NCBI GenBank assembly: GCA_963785035.1
Contig: CAWATG010000005.1
Location: forward strand, 287-64,286
Source: an uncultured Acidimicrobiia bacterium
GTDB lineage: Bacteria > Actinomycetota > Acidimicrobiia > IMCC26256 > CAWATG01
Length of the DNA: 64,000 nucleotides
Direction: 5' to 3'
Positions within the stretch are counted from its first letter, which is position 1; the number at the start of each line of letters is the position of its first letter. Positions 61,008 through 64,000 of this stretch are shown here, one piece after another. Made by a program: the position numbers and the translations under genes. The notes beneath the pieces are model-generated. The model was given only the letters and a program-made list of their open reading frames with translations, did not search any database and was not told the origin of the DNA.

Positions 61008-62090
61008 ATGACATCGGAATCCCACGCAGAGCCCAGCGACTCGCAACGCGTCCTCGCACTCATCGAGAAGCGTGATCTCGTTGAGCGAGAGCTTGTCGGC
61101 GCGCTCGCCGAATGGGACTTCGAACAGCGTTGGGCACTCGACGGGGCAGTCCATCCCATCCCCTGGCTCGTCCATCACTGTGCCATCACACGCGCCGAGG
61201 CATCGCAACTGGTCGCCAAAGCACGCGTCGTACAACGATGCGACGACATTGCCGACGCGCTTGCCGACGGAATACTCAGCACGTCGCACCTCGGGCTCCT
61301 TGCGCGCGCCGGACGACATCGCGAGCAACTGCTCGAAGAGCATCAAGGCGTATTGGTAGACGCAGCGCAGTCCGTTCCACCCGAGCAATACCGACAGGTC
61401 GTGCAACGCTGGCAGGCACTCGCCGACGACATCATCGCCGATGCCGAAGCAGTCGACGCCTTCGAGCACCGTCGCCTGCACGTCTCGACCACCTTCGAAG
61501 GCTCCGTCGCGATCAATGGCCGACTCGACCCTGAGGGTGGCGCTCGCCTCATCGCCGCCCTCAAGGACGCTCTGCCTCCGAGCGGCGGAACCCCCGCACA
61601 GCGTCGCGCCGATGCACTCGTCGCTCTCGTTACCGGCGAACGGCCGGGTGTCAAGCTCCATCTCGTCGCCACCGAAGCGACGCTCACAACCTCGCCTGCA
61701 TCCCCGGGCTCCTCAGCGGTCCTCGATCAATCCAGTAGCGAGATCTCGGGGCTCGGTACCGTCCCAGCCAGCATCAGCCGGCGCCTCGCGTGCGACGCAA
61801 TCATCGACACACGCGACACCGCTGGACTTTCACTCGGGCGCTCGCGACGGCTGGTCTCTCGGTCGCAGCGTCAGGCGCTCACCGTTCGTGATGGGGGCTG
61901 CTCATTCCCTGGTTGTGACCGTCCCCCCGAATGGACCGACGCTCATCACCTCCAACACTGGGCAGATGGCGGCAACACCGATCTCGAAAACCTCGTGCTG
62001 CTGTGTCGGCGTCATCACGTGTTGTGCCACGAGGGAAGGTGGCGCCTCGAACGCATGACCGACGGCCGTCTTATGGCAGTACCGCCGTAG
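61008..62090 (+). CDS. DUF222-domain HNH endonuclease (13E12-repeat-family-like)
   Basis: Intact ORF. It has an N-terminal DUF222-like helical region and a C-terminal HNH motif (RDGGCSFPGCDRPPEWTDAHHLQHWADGGNTDLENLVLLCRRHHVLCHEG). ATG 61008 is preferred over the 60900 start. Confidence 0.8.
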   Translation: MTSESHAEPSDSQRVLALIEKRDLVERELVGALAEWDFEQRWALDGAVHPIPWLVHHCAITRAEASQLVAKARVVQRCDDIADALADGILSTSHLGLLARAGRHREQLLEEHQGVLVDAAQSVPPEQYRQVVQRWQALADDIIADAEAVDAFEHRRLHVSTTFEGSVAINGRLDPEGGARLIAALKDALPPSGGTPAQRRADALVALVTGERPGVKLHLVATEATLTTSPASPGSSAVLDQSSSEISGLGTVPASISRRLACDAIIDTRDTAGLSLGRSRRLVSRSQRQALTVRDGGCSFPGCDRPPEWTDAHHLQHWADGGNTDLENLVLLCRRHHVLCHEGRWRLERMTDGRLMAVPP

Positions 62091-62117
62091 CCACCTGACA
62101 CGTCTCGCCGAGCACAC

Positions 62118-63764
62118 TCAGTCGTAGATCGCAGCAATACCGGCGCGGCCGCCTTCGAGGACCACTAGGCATGCGACATCGTTCACGACCATCTGCCATA
62201 ACGCTCGGCGACGACGCGCGATGCGATCCCACCAACCAACATCGTGCGTCCACGGCCCGTTCCACGCGCTGATCTCACCACCGCCCAGTGGGAGTGCGCG
62301 AGACCTCACCCATCCAGGATCGCCGGAAACTTCCCCACGCCCAGAAACTGCGATGGCATTGCCATATACATCAAGTAACTCTGCAGGCAACGCTGGCTCG
62401 AAGACACGCGATGGCGGCGGTGTCGGTACCGCTCCCGGCCACGCGCCAGGACGCGCTCCATCACCTCGCGCTTCTCGCGGCTCGCCCCAGGACACCCATC
62501 GGACCCGCTCACTCGGCAGTCGACCACCTTGAGGCATTGCCGTCACGACTGACTCATGACCCAACATCGCCTGCACCCGTGCCAAAGCTCGCTTGGCACG
62601 ATCAGCACTCGCGAGATCTCCCCCCCAAAAACCCAGCTGGCGACCATCAATGGTCACAACTTCCTCGGGGAGGAGCCGCAACACCAGGAGTCCACCGGTG
62701 GCAACCTCGGCGTCGGCAAGCTCGGCGTCGGCCGGCGCGCCCGTCCGTACCCGTGCCCACACCGAGCCAGCTCTCAAGCTGCCAGCGTGCCCGATCGGCT
62801 AGCGCGCTCGGCGTGAAGGCACCATCGTGTCGCCATGCCCGTGACCAATGCTCGCCATGCTCGGTTTCCGCTTCGATCACGATACGCGTACACGCCATCC
62901 CGCGATCAGCCAGTCGAGTCAGCATGTGATCGGCAAGCGCCTTCGCTGCAAACGTTGCCAGGTCGACACGTTGACAAGGTGGATCGAAATTGTGTGTCTC
63001 GATCATCTCCGGGGGCACTTCCGCCAGTACTGACGGTGCATCATCCAGGCCGCGTGCCCATCGATGTCGACGTAACCCATCAGGACCAAAGCGCACATGC
63101 ACTGCCGACGCCGGCAATGCAGCAAATGCACCCATCGTCGGTAAGCCCAGCCGGATCAAAAGCGCGCCGAAATCAGGATCCCCCAACACGCGCACCGACC
63201 TCGGCGCCAGGAACAACGCTGACTCCCCGGGCGCTATCACCGCATCGACACGTGCTGCTTGACGCGCAGCGAAACGACTATCGGCAATCCCCACCCGTAC
63301 TGCAGGAACCCCAAGGTCCGTCACCGCCGATCGGACACGCTCGGCAAGCATGTCATCACCACCGAAATACCGAGAGGGTCCACGTGTAGGAAACGACAAC
63401 ACGCCAGGCCTGTCCATCTCAAGACGCGGCGTGAGTGTCTCAACTGCTCGTGCAACTTCTTCAAATGCCCGCGCCTCACCAATGAGATCGGCATCAACTG
63501 CAACCAGCCCAGGCGCTCGAGCTTCCGCGACGCGCGCCGACGCATCCCGATCGTTACCCCAAGCGCACGGGCCTCACCCGATACCGCTCGCACCACGGGC
63601 GCACCCGTCGCCGACTCGAATACTGCGAAGGGAGCCCACGACAAGGTTTCGTCCCGCCGACGCCACGCAACGACTGGCCAATCAGGACACCAGACGCAGC
63701 AGGTCCGCTCAGCCCATACCCCTTCAACCGGTCGCTGCCCAGCCGATCGCTGTTCATCAGACAT
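62118..63764 (-). pseudogene. imuB: ImuB (Y-family-polymerase-like mutasome subunit); two frame breaks as assembled
   Basis: Reading: MSDEQ...CVWCPDWPVVAWRR...ARALGVTIGMRRR -> EARAPGLVAVDADLIGEARAFEEVARAVETLTPRLEMDRPGVLSFPTRGPSRYFGG... -> RTGAPADAELADAEVATGGLLVLRLLPEEV...WWDRIARRRRALWQMVV. Breaks are near ~63540 and ~62765. Confidence 0.8.
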
Positions 63765-63782
63765 CTGTGGCAAGCATCCACT

Positions 63783-64000
63783 TCAGCCAACGAGTGCGAG
63801 CGTTTCCCTGCCACGCGCCTCAACGCGAACAGTGCGCGCACGGTCGATCAGGTGACCGCCGCCTGATTCGAGCCCACGCCACGCCGACCTCTCGGCATAG
63901 ACCCGTACTGCAGCCTCTGCCGGCCATGGACCCAAGATCGCGAGTACGGCATCGCGTTCACGCGCCCGCCCAACAAGGCGATGTGCATCACCGGTCCGTA
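63783..64000 (-). CDS. imuA: ImuA' (RecA-fold mutasome subunit), C-terminal fragment; gene continues beyond the window
   Basis: The minus-strand frame reads ...RTGDAHRLVGRARERDAVLAILGPWPAEAAVRVYAERSAWRGLESGGGHLIDRARTVRVEARGRETLALVG, with a stop at 63783-63785, 18 nt before the imuB ATG. Confidence 0.6.
   Translation of the reverse strand, partial: RTGDAHRLVGRARERDAVLAILGPWPAEAAVRVYAERSAWRGLESGGGHLIDRARTVRVEARGRETLALVG

Noticed and set aside
1-64000. Programmed ribosomal frameshifting or transcriptional slippage as the explanation for the frame breaks.
   Set aside because: The sites I inspected share no slippery heptamer or homopolymer motif. They occur in unrelated gene families at non-conserved positions, and several genes would need two or three events.

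Overview
GC-rich, gene-dense chromosomal segment with an actinobacterial signature: mycothiol amidase Mca plus a second PIG-L deacetylase, an imuA'-imuB / dnaE2 SOS mutasome with a CGAAC-N4-GTTCG LexA box, etfBA, and many FadD/FadE/crotonase/SDR/MaoC/thiolase genes. I call one tRNA (Cys-GCA), about 50 protein-coding loci, one in-frame coding tandem repeat and two regulatory palindromes. I found no rRNA and no CRISPR array. Layout: 1-3015 is the integrase end of an island at tRNA-Cys carrying an AbiE toxin-antitoxin pair. 3073-5316 is a GGDEF-EAL protein. 5431-21498 is an acyl-CoA/lipid catabolic block with a hydantoinase B/A pair. 21592-25073 holds a lone livG and two tandem binding proteins. 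27639-32402 is gltB. 32641-47660 is housekeeping and hypothetical genes. 47833-51703 encodes secreted/envelope proteins. 51709-56608 is a cation-transport operon next to a PilZ gene. 57387-64000 is the SOS mutasome, interrupted by a DUF222-HNH endonuclease gene. Main observations: (1) about 24 reading-frame breaks plus one in-frame TGA hit 15 otherwise well-conserved genes, and I cannot tell assembly indel error from real decay without reads; (2) a secreted repeat protein fused to a CAP/SCP domain, built from near-identical 126-bp DNA repeats; (3) the mutasome/HNH/LexA-box arrangement; (4) an HMG-CoA-synthase-like::DUF35 fusion next to an SCP-x thiolase; (5) a tandem MgtE-TM / PhoU-TrkA-C / P-type ATPase operon. 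I did not find an unambiguous new defence or other multi-gene system. All functional calls rest on my reading of motifs in the translations, not on database searches.
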